63,750 bases of DNA from Hemiscyllium ocellatum (Eukaryota): contig NC_083426.1 of assembly GCF_020745735.1 (NCBI RefSeq), positions 13,082,001 through 13,145,750 of the forward strand. The letters are read 5' to 3'. Positions 46,454 through 60,912 of the stretch are shown here, piece by piece. The notes beneath the pieces are model-generated. The model worked only from the letters and a program-made list of their open reading frames with translations, did no database searches and was not told the DNA's origin. Both the position numbers and the translations under genes were made by a program. Within the stretch, counting starts at the first letter, position 1. Each line of letters begins with the position of its first letter.

Positions 46454-47269
46454 GCACAACTTGTGGGAATTAAGTGGACCTTTCCAATATATTGTATTTG
46501 TCATTTGGAAGGGCTCTGGAGATGCAGTGGTCATGACCCTACCGCTGAGACAGAAGATATAGATTCAAATCCCACCTGCTGCAGAAGGTTGTAAAAACAT
46601 CTCTGTACAGTTTGATTAGGAAACTATCTTTGATTTGATTTACTAAGACAGTGAAACGTGTTATTTTGCATGGTATTTGTGCAGATTGTTTCATACAAAG
46701 AGCATCAGGGTAGCAGAAAAGAGTGCAGAATACAGTGTTATAGCTGCAGAGAAGGTGCAGAGACAGTAATGAACATTAACATTTGAGTGGTCCATTCAGT
46801 GGGGAAGAAGCTATTCATGTGTATCTTCATACGCCTATTCAAACTCTTATATCAGGGAAGAGGGTGGAAGAGAGTAAAGTTCAAGTGGGAGAGGCCTGTG
46901 ATCATATTGATTGCTTTCCCGAGGCAACAGCAAGTATAGAATATTGGTTTGTGTGATGGCCTGGCCTGTGACTCTCTGCAGTTTATTGTGGTCTTTGGAA
47001 GAGTAGTTGTTATGCCATTCTGTGATGCATTAAGATAGGATATTTTTTATTTTGCATTTATAAAATTTCTGAATATGGATATGCTGAATTTCCTTAGCCT
47101 CTTGAGGAAGTAGAGATGTTATTGTGGACAGTGGTGTGCCTTCCATTCTGCTTCCTAAAGTCACCGACTAGCTCCTTCGTTTTGCTAACATTGATGGAGG
47201 GATTGATTTTATACCATGCTGCAAAGAACTCTATTTCTTTGCTGTACTCTGTCTCATTGCTGCCATTTG

Positions 47270-48340
47270 GATACAGAACTGGCTAAAAGGTAGAAGACAG
47301 AGGGTGGTGGTGGAGGGTTGTTTTTCAGACTGGAGGCCTGTGACCAGTGGAGTGCCACAAGGATCAGTGCGGGGCCCTCTACTTTTTGTAATTTACATAA
47401 ATGATTTGGATGCGAGCATAAGGGGTACAGTTAGTAAGTTTGCAGATGACACCAAAATTGGAGTTGTAGTGGACAGCGAAGAAGGTTACCTCAGATTACA
47501 ACAGAATCTTGACCAGCTGGGCCAATGGGCTGAGAATTGTCAGTTGTAGTTTAATTCAGATAAATGCAAGGTGCTTCATTTTGGGAAAGCAAATCTTAGC
47601 AGGACTTATACACTTAATGGTAAGGTCCTAGGGTGTGTTGCTGAACAAAGAGACCTTGGAGTGCAGATCCATAGCTCCTTGAAAGTGGAGTCGCAGGTAG
47701 ATAGGATAGTGAAGATGGCGTCTGGTATGCTTTCCTTTATTGGTCATAGTACTGAATACAGGAGTTGGGAGGTCATTTGTGGCTGTACAGGACATTGGTT
47801 AGGCCACTTTTGGAATATTGCGTGCAATTCTGGTCTCCTTCATATCGGAAAGATGTTGTGAAACTTGAAAGGGTTCAGAAAAGATTTACAAGGATGTTGC
47901 CAGGGTTGGAGGATTTGAGATATGGGGAGAGGCTGAACAGTCTGGGACTGTTTTCCCTGAAGCGTCAGAGGCTGAGGGATGGCCTTATAGAGGTTTATAA
48001 AATTATGAGGGACATGGATAGGATAAATAGACAAAGTCTTTTCCCTGGGGTTGAGGAGTCCAGAACTAAAGGGCATAGGTTTAGGGTGAAAGGGGAAAGA
48101 TATAAAAGAGACCTAAGGGGCAACCTTTTCACACAGAGGGTGGTACGTGTATGGAATGAGCTGCCAGAGAAGTGGTGGAGGCTGGTACAATTGCAACATT
48201 TAAGAGGCATTTGGATGGATATATGAATAGGAAGGGTTTGAGGGATATGGGATGGGTGCTAGCAGGTGGGACTAGATTGGATTGGGATATCTGGTCGGCA
48301 TGGACAGGTTGGACCATGCTGTACATCTCTATGACTCTAT
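47270..48340 (+). mobile_element. CR1 LINE 3' portion, closely related to 15952-17110
   Basis: SGVPQGSVRGPLLFVIYINDL..KFADDTK, and the CTCTATGACTCTAT tail. Confidence 0.92.
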
Positions 48341-48574
48341 CACTCTATAAATCAAGGATCCAGATAGAGAAGGGGGAGCAGAAATCTCGGTCTCGGAGGT
48401 TGGAGATAGGTTTGTTTGTGATTATATTGTTGAAGGTGGAGCTATAGTTGATAGCTAGGGGCCTGACATAGTTATCCTTGCTATCCAGCTATTTATTTGT
48501 CAACAGGAAAGTTTCCTTCAGGAAAGATAACCTGTGACAGTGATAGCCAGGTACTCTAGATGTGCCCATGATAT

Positions 48575-50450
48575 AAGACCATAGGAAATAGGGAAAGGTA
48601 TGGGCCATTCAGACCCGACAAGCCTGCTCCACCATTTAACAGGACCATGGCTGATCTTGCCCTTTCCCAGGAACTCTTGGTTCCCTTGCTAATAAAGAAT
48701 CTATAAAGATTCTCAATCCTCTGAGAAGAAATTCCTCCCCTTCTCAGTCTGAAATGGGTATCCTTTCATTCTAAGTTTGCGAATTCTGGTCCTCGACTCT
48801 CCCATGAAGGGAAACATCCTCTCAGCATTTACCCTGGCAAGCCCCTCTAAGAATCTGATATGTTTCAATGAGATTGCACTTCATTCTTCTAAACTTCAAT
48901 GAGATTGGTCACAACCTGTTTAGCCTTTGCTCATAAAACAGTCCCATCATACCATGGATCATCTGTCTCAAAGAAACCTCTCTGCAAATGATATCCTTGC
49001 TCAAATAAGACAAAAACTGCTCAAAGTACTTCAGATGTGGTCTCACCAGCACCGAGTATAGTTGCAGTAAGACTTCCCTACTCTTATACTCCAATCTTCT
49101 TGAAATAAAGGCCAACATTCCATGAGCCTTCCTGATTACCTACTGCTCCTTTGTGCTAGCTTTCTGTGTTTTATACACAAGAACCTCCAAGCCCCTTTGG
49201 GTTGCAGTGTTCTGCAGTTTTTCTCCATTTAGATAATACTGTCCTATTGTTCTTCTTTCCAAAATAACAATTTCACATTTTCCCACATTATACCCCATTT
49301 ACGAACTCTCTGCTCACTTACTTAATTTACCAATTTCTCTCTGTAAACTCTCTGTATCCCTCTCAGAAATTGCCTTTCCACCTATTTTTGGACAGTCTAC
49401 AAACTTAGCTGCAGTATTTTCACTTCCTTCCTCCAAGTCGTCAATATGTATTGTAAGCAATTATGGTCCCAGCACTGAAATCTGTGGAATTCCTCTTAAT
49501 AAATCTCACAACTTCATCTTTTTGTGAGCTACCTTATCGGATGTTTTCCAGAAGTCCAACTGCAACTCATCTACTGGTTCCCCTGTATCTTTTATGGTTG
49601 AGGCTTCCTTGAAAAACTAACAAATTACTTAGATACAATTTACCTTTCATGAAATCATGCTGACTCTGCTTGATTAGATGGTGATCTTGTAACTGTTCAG
49701 CTATTGTGTCCTTAATAATTGATTCCAATATTTCCCCAAAAATAGATGCTATGCGAAGCAGCCTACTATTACTTGCTTTTAGTCCCCATCACATTTTGAC
49801 TAGGGGTGACACATTGGCAGTTTTGCAATCCTCCCAAGATTGCTCTATAATGCAATGATTTTTGTCAAATTACAACCAATGCATCCATTATCTCTATAGC
49901 TACCTCTTTTAGGATCCTCAAATGCAAATCATCAGGACCAGGGGACTTAACTGCCTTTCGTCCTATTACATTGTCTAATATTACTTCTCAAAATCAGTGA
50001 TGATTATGGTACTTAGTTTCTTCCTTGTATTCTTTAGTATTAATGGTATGTTTGAAGTATCTTCCATCTCAAAACTGATGCAAAACACCTGTTTAATTCC
50101 TCTATCATTTCCTTGTTCTCCATAACAATCACCCGAGATTCATTTGTAAAGGATCTGTGTTCACTTTGACTTCTCTCTCATATCATGAAACTCTAAAATA
50201 TAGGAACAGGATATTTAGAATATTGAGTCATGCTCCATTATGCAATCATGGCTGATATATTTCTCAACTCTGTTCTCCTGCCTTCTTACTGGAATCTTTG
50301 AACCTCTTACTAATCAAGAACCTATTTACTTCTCTCTTAAAGACACTCACTGACTTGGCTTCCACAACCTTCAATGGCAATGCGATCTGTAGATTCACCA
50401 CCACCTGGCTGAAGAAATTCCTCCTCATCTCAGTTCTAAAGGGCTGTCCC
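48575..50450 (-). mobile_element. Old degenerate CR1 fragments
   Basis: LAFISRRLEYKSREVLLQLYSVLVRPHL and FRTEMRRNFFSQVVVNL. Confidence 0.7.
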
Positions 50451-53400
50451 TTCACAATTTAATTTTAAATTCTATCATTTTATGATCATTCCTTGTCAGG
50501 GGACCTTTTATTATGAGGTCAATTATTAAACCTGCCTCATTGCCCATTACTAGATCCAAGATAGCCTGCTCCTGTGTTGGCTCCATTACATATTGCTGTA
50601 GGAAATATTCCTAATATACTCTACAAATTCATTGTCACAGCAACCCTTTTCAATTTGATTAACCCAATCAACATGAAGAATAAAGTCTCCCATAATTACT
50701 GCTGTATTCCTTTTACATGCTCCTATTATTTGTTAATTTATACATTTTCTTACAGTCTAGCTACTGTTTGAAGGTCTGTACAGACTACTACCAATGTTTT
50801 TTTTTCCCTTGTTGTTATTTACCTTCATTAAATGGACTCTATATCATCTCAGCCTAGTTTATATCTCATAACTATCCACGTTTCATCTCTTATTAACTGT
50901 GCTACCCCACTATCTTTTCCTTCCCTTCCTGTCTTTCCAAAAGGTCAAATGTCCATGAATATTAAGTTCCCAGTTTTGATCTTATTGTAACCTCCCTCTG
51001 TAATGGCTACAAGATCATATCCATTTACCTCAATTTGCACCATCTACCTTAGTCAGAATGTTTATGTATTATGATGCAAAGCCTTTAGACTTGCCTTTTG
51101 CCATCTTTGATCATTCTAACTTTTATTCATACTATGGCCCATTTTGCCTTTTAGCCTTGATTGGGCGGTCTACTGTTCTCTCTACCATTACCGTCCTTGA
51201 TTCTCCTTCCATTGTCACTTTGTCTAGGTTCCCAAGCCCTGTGATTCCAGTCGAAACCTAGGACATCAGTCCTGGTCCTGTTGAGGAGTAACCAGTCCAG
51301 TTGGTACTGGTCCTACCTCCCTCGAACCAATTACTTTTGAGTCCATCTTCCCTTTACCTCATTAAAACAATATAGCCCTTACAAACTGTAAACCACAAAC
51401 TATAAGCGATAACAGTCAGACCGCCTGACCCACCGTCTGTACTCAGCTTATCAGCAGCTTCCAGTTGCCTTGTGTCACTTTTGAATCTTGCCATCGCCTC
51501 AGGGGCTCCATCTCTGGATTGAGGGAAGGTGACTCTGGGCAGCTCCTTTGAAAGTTTACCTATGTCTTTGACCAGCTGCTCCTTGCCAGATTTGTTCTAT
51601 CTTTTTGGATTTTGGTGCTCTGTCCTGTAAGACTTCTGTGAAGTCACTCTTTCTCCTTATGCCTTAAGTTTTTTTACTCAGTGTGTAGTCGGGGTGTGGA
51701 GTGCACCTGCCTGCAACAGTAGTAGACCTGTCAACTTTAATGGCATTTAAAAAGTCATTGAATAGGTATATGGACAACAATGAAATAGTGTGGGTTAGAT
51801 GGGCTTCATTTTGGTTTCTCAGGTCAGTGCAACTCTACGTTCCCTAAGACCTTGCTTTTAGGGTACAGAGCAGATGTACTCAACAATAAAAGAAAAGCAG
51901 GGACTGACCATCTCTCCAACCTTTGACCTAACTGCCTGGTTCACCAAACTCCAGTTAGAGTCTAAAGCAACAAAGCAGCCCTCCAGAGCTGTCACAGCTC
52001 TGACATTCTGGAGCAGTCACACATACCTGCAGTTTGGAATGGTCCTCATCACATCCAGGATGGGAGACAAAGGCTAACTCCTCAGGAGCAGGTTGACAGC
52101 ACCGGTCGGAAATCCTCAGTCTGATGCTGAGGAAAGTTACAGCAATGCACATGCCTCCGAGAGGGCAGCACTGAGCCCACCATGGGAATGCCAAAACTGA
52201 GATTCCGGTGCCAGGCTGGCTCATGTGGTGCTCCGAAATGTCTCACCCCGAGAGTGACACCCCGCCCTCCCCCCCATCCCTCACCCCCCGCCCCATCCCC
52301 CACACCCCCACTCCCAGCACACCCCACCATCATCTCATGCTGGGTCCTCCATGGGCTCACTTCACAAAGGCTTGGGACAAGAGTAAATGTAGGAGGGAGA
52401 GGTATCCTCTGATGAGGAAGAGAAGACAGTGATGCTGAGATGTCCCATAAGGTCCCTCACAGACAGGAAGGAACCAGTGAAATAATCCCCAAGTGGGTGA
52501 TGGCACTTGCATGGTGGACACACAGCAGTGACAGAATCTAGATGGTCTCCATCCTTCACACTGGTCTAGAGAGGTCCCTTGGTATCACTGCCTGATATTG
52601 CCTGCTCTCCACTCCTGTAATATGTCACATTGGCAATGTACAGAATCACATTATCAGCTTGTAGGCAATTGTCCTGCATGACATGCCTTTGCAAAGATGA
52701 ATGAAGTAATATCACTACACGTGTCTGCTTGCAGTGAGAACATTATGCTACTTCCTTCATCAGGTTCAGCAGATTGTTCATTCCATGCCTGAACCGGTTC
52801 CAGGATCTTTTGTACAGATCGCTAGCATTGATCTGTGCTGCAACCTCCCTGCACAGACTGCATAGAACTGATGGAGGCTTTCCCAACAGCATCCCTGAAA
52901 ATAAGGACCTCCCTTCTCTCCTGGATGGCCTGGAGCAGATCCTTTAGTGCAGCATTGCTGAATCTTAGAGAGTCAGTAACTGGTCCGAGAGCCCTTTGAG
53001 GGTGGTTTGGGAATTAGTACAAGCTCAGTTGGCTGTACAGCTGGTTTGCATGCATAGTGATGCCAACCGAATGGGTTCAATTCCCTACTGGCTGAGATTA
53101 CCATGATGGGTTCTCCTGCTCAACCTCTCCCCTTGCCCAAGACAAGGTGACCCTCAGGTTCAGCCACTACCAGTCCCCTCCCTCTAATGGGAGAGCAGCC
53201 CATTACCTTAATGGTATTGTCCTGTGCACACACTGTACCTCAACAAGATCAGAGCAAACTATTCAGACAACAATGTAATAACAGAGGAAATCTGGGTTAG
53301 ACATTGCATCAGATTGTCTCTTTCTCATTCCACAGCTTGAACATTAACTGCACCTTTTATGTATTTCAACCAGTTCCACTTTCCTTAGACTGTTTGGCTC

Positions 53401-54582
53401 CTGGTGACCAGGTGAATATGTATCTGTGCATGCTGCATTTGTTGGCTCTTTTGCTCTCCATATAGTCTTCATGGTAGTTAGCTATGGCATTAAAACTATG
53501 TCTAGCCTCTTCTGTTACATATATTGGATAAGCAGATGCTACCAAGGTGGCCTCTATACATCCTACTGAGTATGGCAATATACTGCGATATCTTTCATAA
53601 TTATTCCCCCTAATTACCCTTATACTTTTACCACATATAATGCCCCCAGTAGGTGTGTCCAATATGGATCAGGTATTAATAAGGCAATGCTTACCTTTTG
53701 GAGAGGTCTACATGTGGATGATTTGATTATTTTTGCCATAAAATTGTAATTGTAGAAGTGAGATTTTAGTTTAACCTTGCTAAAGAGAGCTGTTTTGGAA
53801 TCATAGAGATGTACAGCATGGAAACAGGCCTTTTGGTCGAACCAGTTCATGTTGACCATAATCCCAAACAAAACCAATCCCACCTGCAAGCCTTTCCTAT
53901 TCATATAGTAATCCAAAGGTCTTCCCTGGCTGAGCTTTCCCCAGGCTGTTTTAATCCCAGCTACTTTCAGCAGCTCAGGACCATGTCATAAAGCTTTATC
54001 TGTTCTTTAATGATCAAAAGATCGCCCACATATTGAATCTTAATCTAAACTTCATGTAAATTTCTCATTGAATATTTGAATTAGTAACTTTATCAAGGTA
54101 TATATCAAGTTTTAGTAACTTTATCAATCCTAATTTTAGAAACAATTCTCCCCAGACTTGGGGGTTTTAAAGGGTGCTTTTATATCAAAGACACAAGCCT
54201 CTGATCACAGTCAAATGGTCAGGCTGGTCAAAACCAAAGGCTAAGAAATTAATCCTTTTTTAATGTGTATAAATTTCTAAAACCACACATATTGCAATAT
54301 GGAAGGCATATGGGGAAATTAAAAGGTACCTTGTCAGCAGAAATGGTTATTTCCCGGTCTTTGAAGGAGGAAGGTCAAAAGTCACCAATGGGATGTGCAG
54401 GCTCAGTGGATAAGCCATGGCAAATGCGGGGTTATGAGGATAGAGTGGGGGTCTGGGTTTGGGCAGGATTTATTTGCAAGATTACCAAATGAAACACAAA
54501 CAAAAGAGAACTGAATACAGAATAACTTAACCTATGCAAAAGCCCAACAGATTATCCGAACTTAATAATGCTGTTCCACATA

Positions 54583-54756
54583 CAGAACAACCTCAATTAC
54601 CGAAACAAGATGGGCGGAGAGTATTTCATTCAGATAACTGAGAGTTCGAATAATTGATTGCTTGGATAATGGATAGCATTTTTACAGGACCTTGAGATCT
54701 TGTTTGGATAATCCAAAATTCGGATAATTGATGTTCAGACAATCAAAGTTGTTCTG
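54583..54756. mobile_element. Small non-autonomous Tc1/mariner-type (MITE-like) element
   Basis: TA|CAGAACAAC... inverted to ...GTTGTTCTG|TA, with TA flanks at 54581-82 and 54757-58. Confidence 0.6.
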
Positions 54757-55579
54757 TACATGCAACAATCCCCATAAACACCCCTTGGCAAAAAAGATAA
54801 AATCAAACGCAGGGTCTTACAGGACAGAGAGAGATGACAGAGAGATTCAGCTTGGAACACCTCCTTCCGTGGAGCTGTTTCTCGGACCAGCAGCCTCAAA
54901 ACTGGCTGACTGCTTGCTCCGAACAGCCAGACTGCAAAAACCCAACCAAACCAGAGAAAAACTGAGCTGGGAGAATTGGCCACTCCCCTTTCATTGTACA
55001 AGGACTTTTCTTAAAACTTGAAAGCCTTTTGCCTAAGGTAGTATCCGTTAGTTATAATCAAATTGGCCCCAAAACCCATCAAAACTAGTCACACCAGAAC
55101 CTGTGACTTCATGAAAAAAAAATAAGGACAACCTAACTTTGTTAAAGGAGCAGCACTGCCACAGTAAGCATCATTCTGAGAGGTCACAAGACACCATCTA
55201 CAATCAGGTTTGAATTTACAACCTGCTACCTCAGAGATATTATCAATTGTACCAAGATTCACACCTGGACTGTGGTCATCCCAAGATCTAATTTCCTGTG
55301 TCAACTGGTTAACAAGCATTTCACCAGTTTGTATGAAATTATTTTATAACAAATGCGCGCATTTGCTTTTGAAAAACCTTTGCTAACAGAACAGGAAAAA
55401 ATATTTAGTGGGATCATGCCAAATGCTCATGTGTTCACAATATAATGAATGCCAAAGAATTTCCTTAAGTGTCAATATAATGAATGGATGCTTACTTCCT
55501 AATCTACTTAGAGCTGCAGATACAGCAATGTTCAAATGTATTTCTTATTTGTCCCAATCATCTTGATTGTATTTTGCAG

Positions 55580-55710
55580 TGATGGAGGTTCACAATCAAA
55601 TCAGATGGACAGCTGGCAAATTATTCTAACCGTAGTCATCCTGATCATCTTCCTTCTGCTCACTGCCGCTGTTCTCTTTTATGCAAAATTAAAACAGCAG
55701 AAGAAAAGTG
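55580..55710 (+). CDS. Gene B exon 4: uncharged transmembrane exon (DGGSQSNQMDSWQIILTVVILIIFLLLTAAVLFYAKLKQQKKS)
   Basis: Acceptor GATTGTATTTTGCAG| in phase 2, a 22-residue hydrophobic helix, a basic stop-transfer segment, and donor G|GTATGT in phase 1. Confidence 0.9.
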
Positions 55711-57489
55711 GTATGTTCGGTCCAGATGAAAATGTAAAACTTGTGTTTAAAACGTCCATGAAAACAAATTTGCATTTCTTTATTTAAACACTGCAAAGTT
55801 ACAGTACAAGCAGGAGGTTGCTGCATCCTAATGGATCTGTCCAGTTCCCTGCACCACCATTTAAACTGGGATGTTGGAGTGCTGTGTAAATGAAACTCAC
55901 AAGTTAGGCAACACAAGCAGTTAGCATTATGGTAAGGAGGCAAAATAGCAGTTTCACGAACAGAAGCCAGAATTGTTTCCCCAAATTATTTATAAAGAAG
56001 GGAAATTAAATATCCTATCACTGTAAACTAGGCTAAGTTAGATGTTCATGCCTGGGACAGCAATTGGTCTCAGTGGTCGACAGATAGTACAAGGAAAATA
56101 AATATTGGCTTAGCAGCAGAGGACAGGATTGTGCTTACTCTGATGTCTTCAACAAGTTAATTACTTGCCTGTAACTGTAGATTCAGCACCAAAAATTGGG
56201 TGCATGAGCAAAGTATTGAAGACAGCTAAGAAAAGGCAGTGGAATATCAGAAACAGTTAACAATCTACAGAAGACAAAGCGAAGAGGGAAGGGAAGCAGA
56301 TTAACAAAAGAGAACGTTTAAAAGGAGAAGGAACATCCGTTATTCACAAATGAAAACAACAGGGCTAATTCCAATAAGATTTTACCCATGTCTGTCAGCA
56401 GCAAGAAACCATATTAATTTTACAATGATTGGAATTTTACAGGCAGTAGTGAAGTGATGACATCACTGCTGATACTCAAGAAAGCTTCCCTTTGGCAATC
56501 CCTGTGGTACAGATTTCATTATCTCTTTGCTAAATGTTTTGCTCTGGTACCAACAATTCAGGAACCCCAGTACCTGGTATCCATGATTTTATCACACTGG
56601 CAAAGAAATTGAAGATTTATCACCAGACAACAAAAAATGTATCTTATCGTTTAATTTTTTATAATTTTAGAGAAAAAGATATAAATAGATGGATATTTGC
56701 ATATGATTAAGTTAGAACCTGAAAGTTAACTTTAAAAAGTAGTATTTTAAAAAACTATGGAATCTTTAGCATAGAATGCAGAAAGTTGACTTTCCGTAAA
56801 TATGAATTGTTCTTTCAGGTCTAAAGAGATTGATCAAAAATAGTTATTATTTAGTGTGCTGTTAAACATTCTTCTTCCATGAAGGCATAATTTTTCAAAG
56901 ATTTTTACAGTGAGATTAATTGTACAAAATTTGAAAATTCGTATCAATCAGTGATGCCTAATTGATTTCCATTTACCAAGACTTTAATAGTGCACCCTGT
57001 GGAAGAACAGATTATCATTAACAGCAACTTCTGAATTTTCATGTTTAAAGTAGATGTGCAGATAATAAAGGCTGCTGTCAGTTTCACAATCAATGCTGAT
57101 GGTTGCATCAAAATGACAACTGAATACTATAGGCCCCCACAAGGAGCTTTAAGGGCAATGTAAACTATCAAAAGTGAGGGAGAAGGAGAGAGAGAGGGAG
57201 AGGGACAATGAGATTTTGACAGGGTTTACTAATGTCTCACAACTGACCAATTAATGAATAATTACAATACATTGGAAACCAATGGATTCTGTAATTGAAC
57301 ACAACCTCTTAAGGTATGATAAGACACATTATAATTCTTTCAGCTACTTTTCAGAAAAACAAAATCTCTGTAGAGCATGGCAACTGGTGAAACTTAAAAT
57401 CAGTTAATTAGCAAACTGGAATTGAGACCTCGATTGTTGTGAAAACACATGTAGTTACTGATGTCTTTTAGTCTGGTCTATATGAGGAG

Positions 57490-57920
57490 GCAATGCCTAA
57501 TGGTGTCATCACTGGACTGTCAAGCCAGAGACCCAGATAATGTTCTGGGAACCTGGGACTGAATCCTGCTAAGGTGGATGGTGGAATATTTGTTCAATAA
57601 ATATCTGGAATTAAAAGTCTAATGATGACCATGAATCCATTGTTGATTCTTAGAAAACTCCATATGGTTCACTAATGTCCTTTAGGGAAGGAAACTGCCA
57701 TCCTTATCTGGTCTGGCCTACATGTGACTCCAAACCCATCATGATGTGGTTGACTCTTAACTACCCTCTGGGCAATTAGGGATGGGCAATAAATGCTGCC
57801 TAGCCAGTTACGCACTCCATCCATTAACGAATGAAGCATTTGTAACTTCAGACCATAGTAATGTGTCCTGTAAGTGACCAAGTAAACCATACAGTTCAAT
57901 GCATTGCCAGCAACACCTGC
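57490..57920 (+). mobile_element. SINE-like interspersed repeat, related to about 4100-4345 and 32600-32845
   Basis: Shared GAGACCCAG..ATGTGGTTGA..GGGCAATTAGGGATGGGCAA segments. Family not identified. Confidence 0.45.
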
Positions 57921-57974
57921 ATCTCGTGAAGACAAAAAAATGTTAAATGTTCTTATTATAATTTTATTTTTCAG

Positions 57975-58027
57975 TCACAGTTGAACCGAATACTCCTGGT
58001 GTTGGTAGTCCTGCTTCCTCTGTCATG
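57975..58027 (+). CDS. Gene B exon 5: cytoplasmic (VTVEPNTPGVGSPASSVM)
   Basis: Acceptor ATTTTATTTTTCAG|, with an in-frame alternative AG 6 nt downstream. 53 nt, phase 1 in and phase 0 out, donor ATG|GTAAGA. Bridges exons 4 and 6 in frame. Confidence 0.75.
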
Positions 58028-58729
58028 GTAAGATGATGTAATGTCAAGCTCACATTGGTGGCAGGAGGTCCAAGGAGACAGTTGTTAACTCTGATTGGAT
58101 ACAGCATGGCATGACAATTCGATTACATGACACTTGAGCACATGACAACTGATCATGTGATGTTTGATCACGTGAGAATTGCAAACATTGGTGCATTTAC
58201 CTCATAAAGGTCAGGTCACCTGTTGCTCCTGGACTTGAACCAGCCATTGCCTCAAGAAACAGACAGAGCCAAAAAGCCACAGGTGAACTATTGGTAAAGG
58301 CAAGCATAGGGTAAGGAGAAGTAGGGGTCAAAGATGAGGAAGCGATTTGTGGATGGAATTCCAAGTGGGAGGACCCTTTAGTTCAACATCAGCTAGAACT
58401 GGAAAAGTGTTGGTAACTCTGATGAGTCATCTAGATTCAAATCGTTAGCTTGCTTTCTCTCCATGGATGCTGCCTGACACGCTATGATCTCTGGCAGGTT
58501 TTTTTGTCTTCAGTTAATGATAGTTACATTCAGGTTTTCCCCTTATAAGCAAAAGCCATTTGAATAACTCACCGTTAGTCTGGATATAATTGGTGCAGCA
58601 CCATAACATCTTGTCTATGACTGGTCATAAATCTTCAGCCCATAAATATTCACCCTGAAACCACAGATGGATTCTTGCATTGAAAGATGCAGTCAGGCTC
58701 CCCACGTTTAACAATATGATCTATCCCAT

Positions 58730-59340
58730 CGAAACATAGTAACAATGAAACAGGAGTAGACCATTCAGCCTACTGAGTCTGTCCTACAATCGTGGCTGAT
58801 CAAACTTTTCAATGCCCCATCTGTATAACCCTATACTATATTCTGTTGGTGATCAGAAATCTATCAACCTCTATCTTAAACATACTCAAAGACTGGGCTT
58901 CTACAGCCCTCTGCTTTAGAGAATTCCAAAAGTTCACAACTTTTTGAGTAAAATCATTTCTCCTCATCTTGGACCTAAATAACTTCCCCCTTATTTTTAA
59001 CCTATTTTCCCTGGTTTTGGATTCCCAGACCTGAGGAAACATTTTACCTATGTCTATTCAATCTATCCGTTTAAGTACTTTGTAGGTTTCAAAAAGATGA
59101 CCTCTCATTCTTTGAAACACGAGGGAGGTGGGACACAGTGTGCCCAGCCTCTCCTCATAGGACATTCCTGCCATCCCGGGAACAAATCCAGTGAACCATC
59201 ATTGCATTCCCTTTATGGAGTGAAGGAGAGGAAAATGACACATAGTACTCTGGGTATGCTCTAACCAAGCTCCTATACAACTGAAGTAAGACCTCGCTAC
59301 ACCCGTACTCAAATCCTCTTGCAATAAAAGCTAACAATCT
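58730..59340 (-). mobile_element. CR1 fragment
   Basis: LAFIARGFEYGCSEVLLQLYRSLVR and FRSKMRRNDFTQKVVNFWNSL. Confidence 0.75.
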
Positions 59341-59959
59341 ATTGGCCTTCTTCCTAAATTGCTGCTGTCTTCTTGGAACTTGGTTCCATTTTTCGGGTTC
59401 TTGTCAAAGTATCAATCCTGAACCGCACAAGTCAGTAAGAGCTGGTCTTTAGTTGAGTTTCACAGGTCAAAACCGACCGGCTCAAATTCACCCGAAGTGA
59501 GCTGAGAGATCAGAGGTGGGGAAAGAGGCTCAGCACAATCCATGCAGGATTGCCAAGGTATTGTTCAAGAGGTTCCACAAAGACAGCATTGAGCATTGGG
59601 AGCACATTGAGATCTGCCCCCTCCACCTATCCACACACCCACAAACACCCAGGACTGGATGTGAACCATTCGCCATCATGGGGAACCAGTTGACTTCTGA
59701 GTTTATTTATAATCTTAGAATTTTGCAGTACAGAAGGAGGCCATTGGGCCCATTGACTCCATACCTGCTCCCGGAAGAGCTACCCAGCTAGTCCCAATCT
59801 CCTCATTCCTGATGAAGAGCTTCTGCCCAAAATGTCGATTTTCCTGCTCCTTGGATGCTGCCTAACCTGCTGTGCTTTTCCAGCACCACTCTAATCTTGA
59901 CTCTGACCTCCAATATCTGCAGTCCTCACTTTCACCTAGTCCAAATCTCCAGCCCAATC

Positions 59960-60285
59960 TTAGCACTGCTGCCTCACAACACCACAAGCCCGGGTTCAAT
60001 TCCAGTCTCAGACGGCTATCTGTGTGGAGTTTGCACATTCTCCCTGTGTCCACATGGGTTTCCTCTGGGTGCTCCAATTTCCAAAGTCCAAAGTTGTGCA
60101 GGTTAGGTGGTTTGGCCATGGCTAAATTGCCCTATAGTGTGCAGGGATGTGTAGCTTAGATGGATTAACCATGGAAAATGCAGGGTTACAGAGTAGGGGG
60201 ATGTGTCTTGGTGGGATGTTTACCAAAGAGTCAGTGTGGACTTGTTGGGCTGAATGGCCTGTTTCCCTACTGTAAGGATTCAATG
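59960..60285 (+). mobile_element. HE1-like SINE, degenerate
   Basis: TTAGCACTGCTGCCTCAC..CCCGGGTTCAATTCC..TGTGTGGAGTTTGCACATTCTCCC..TGTGGACTTGTTGGGCTGAATGGCCTGTTTCC. Confidence 0.7.
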
Positions 60286-60419
60286 ATATATAACCAGTAA
60301 AAATAGCAAATACACATTCCTGGGAGCCAAGAAATGGCTGCCTTATTTGCTGAGTTTAAGATTGTTAGCCCGTCACTTAGTCTGTAGAGGGACACACCTC
60401 AATAAGGTGCAGGTGTTTG

Positions 60420-60912
60420 TGGGAGTTCCGTGGTGAATTTGATGGTGGGGAGACCAGGATTGGAGGGTTTGAGTTATAAGGGGAGGCTGAGTAGGCTGGG
60501 ACTGTTTACTCTGGAACATCAGAGGCTGAGGGGTGACCTTATAGAGGTTTATAAATCATGAGGGACATGGATAGGATAAATAGACAAGGTCTTTTCCCTG
60601 GGGTGGGGGAGTCCAGAACTAGATGGCATAGATTTTAAGGTTAAAGAGGAAAGTTTTAAAAGGGACCTAAGGGGCAACTTTTTCACACAGAGGGTGGTGT
60701 GTATATGGAATGAGCTGTCACTATGAAGTGATGGAGGCTGGTACAATTACAACATTTAAAAGGCATCAGGATGCGTATATGAAATAGGAAGATTTTAGAG
60801 GGATATGGGCCAAGTACTGGCAAGTGGGACAAGATTAGTTAGGATCTCTGGCCAGCATGGATGAGTTGGACCAAAGGGTCTGTTTCTGTGCTGTACATCT
60901 CTATGACTCTAA
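60420..60912 (+). mobile_element. CR1 3' end
   Basis: GGACTGTTTACTCTGGAACATCAGAGGCTGAGGGGTGACCTTATAGAGG, ending in the CTCTATGACTCT tail. Confidence 0.85.

Noticed and set aside
51900-53150. GC-richer stretch with several short ORFs
   Set aside because: No recognisable domain or exon structure. Probably an old repeat that I could not classify.
55182-55207. Candidate mini stalk exon (GHKTPSTIS) before the gene B TM exon
   Set aside because: No polypyrimidine tract, and the true stalk exon was found at 42921-43029.
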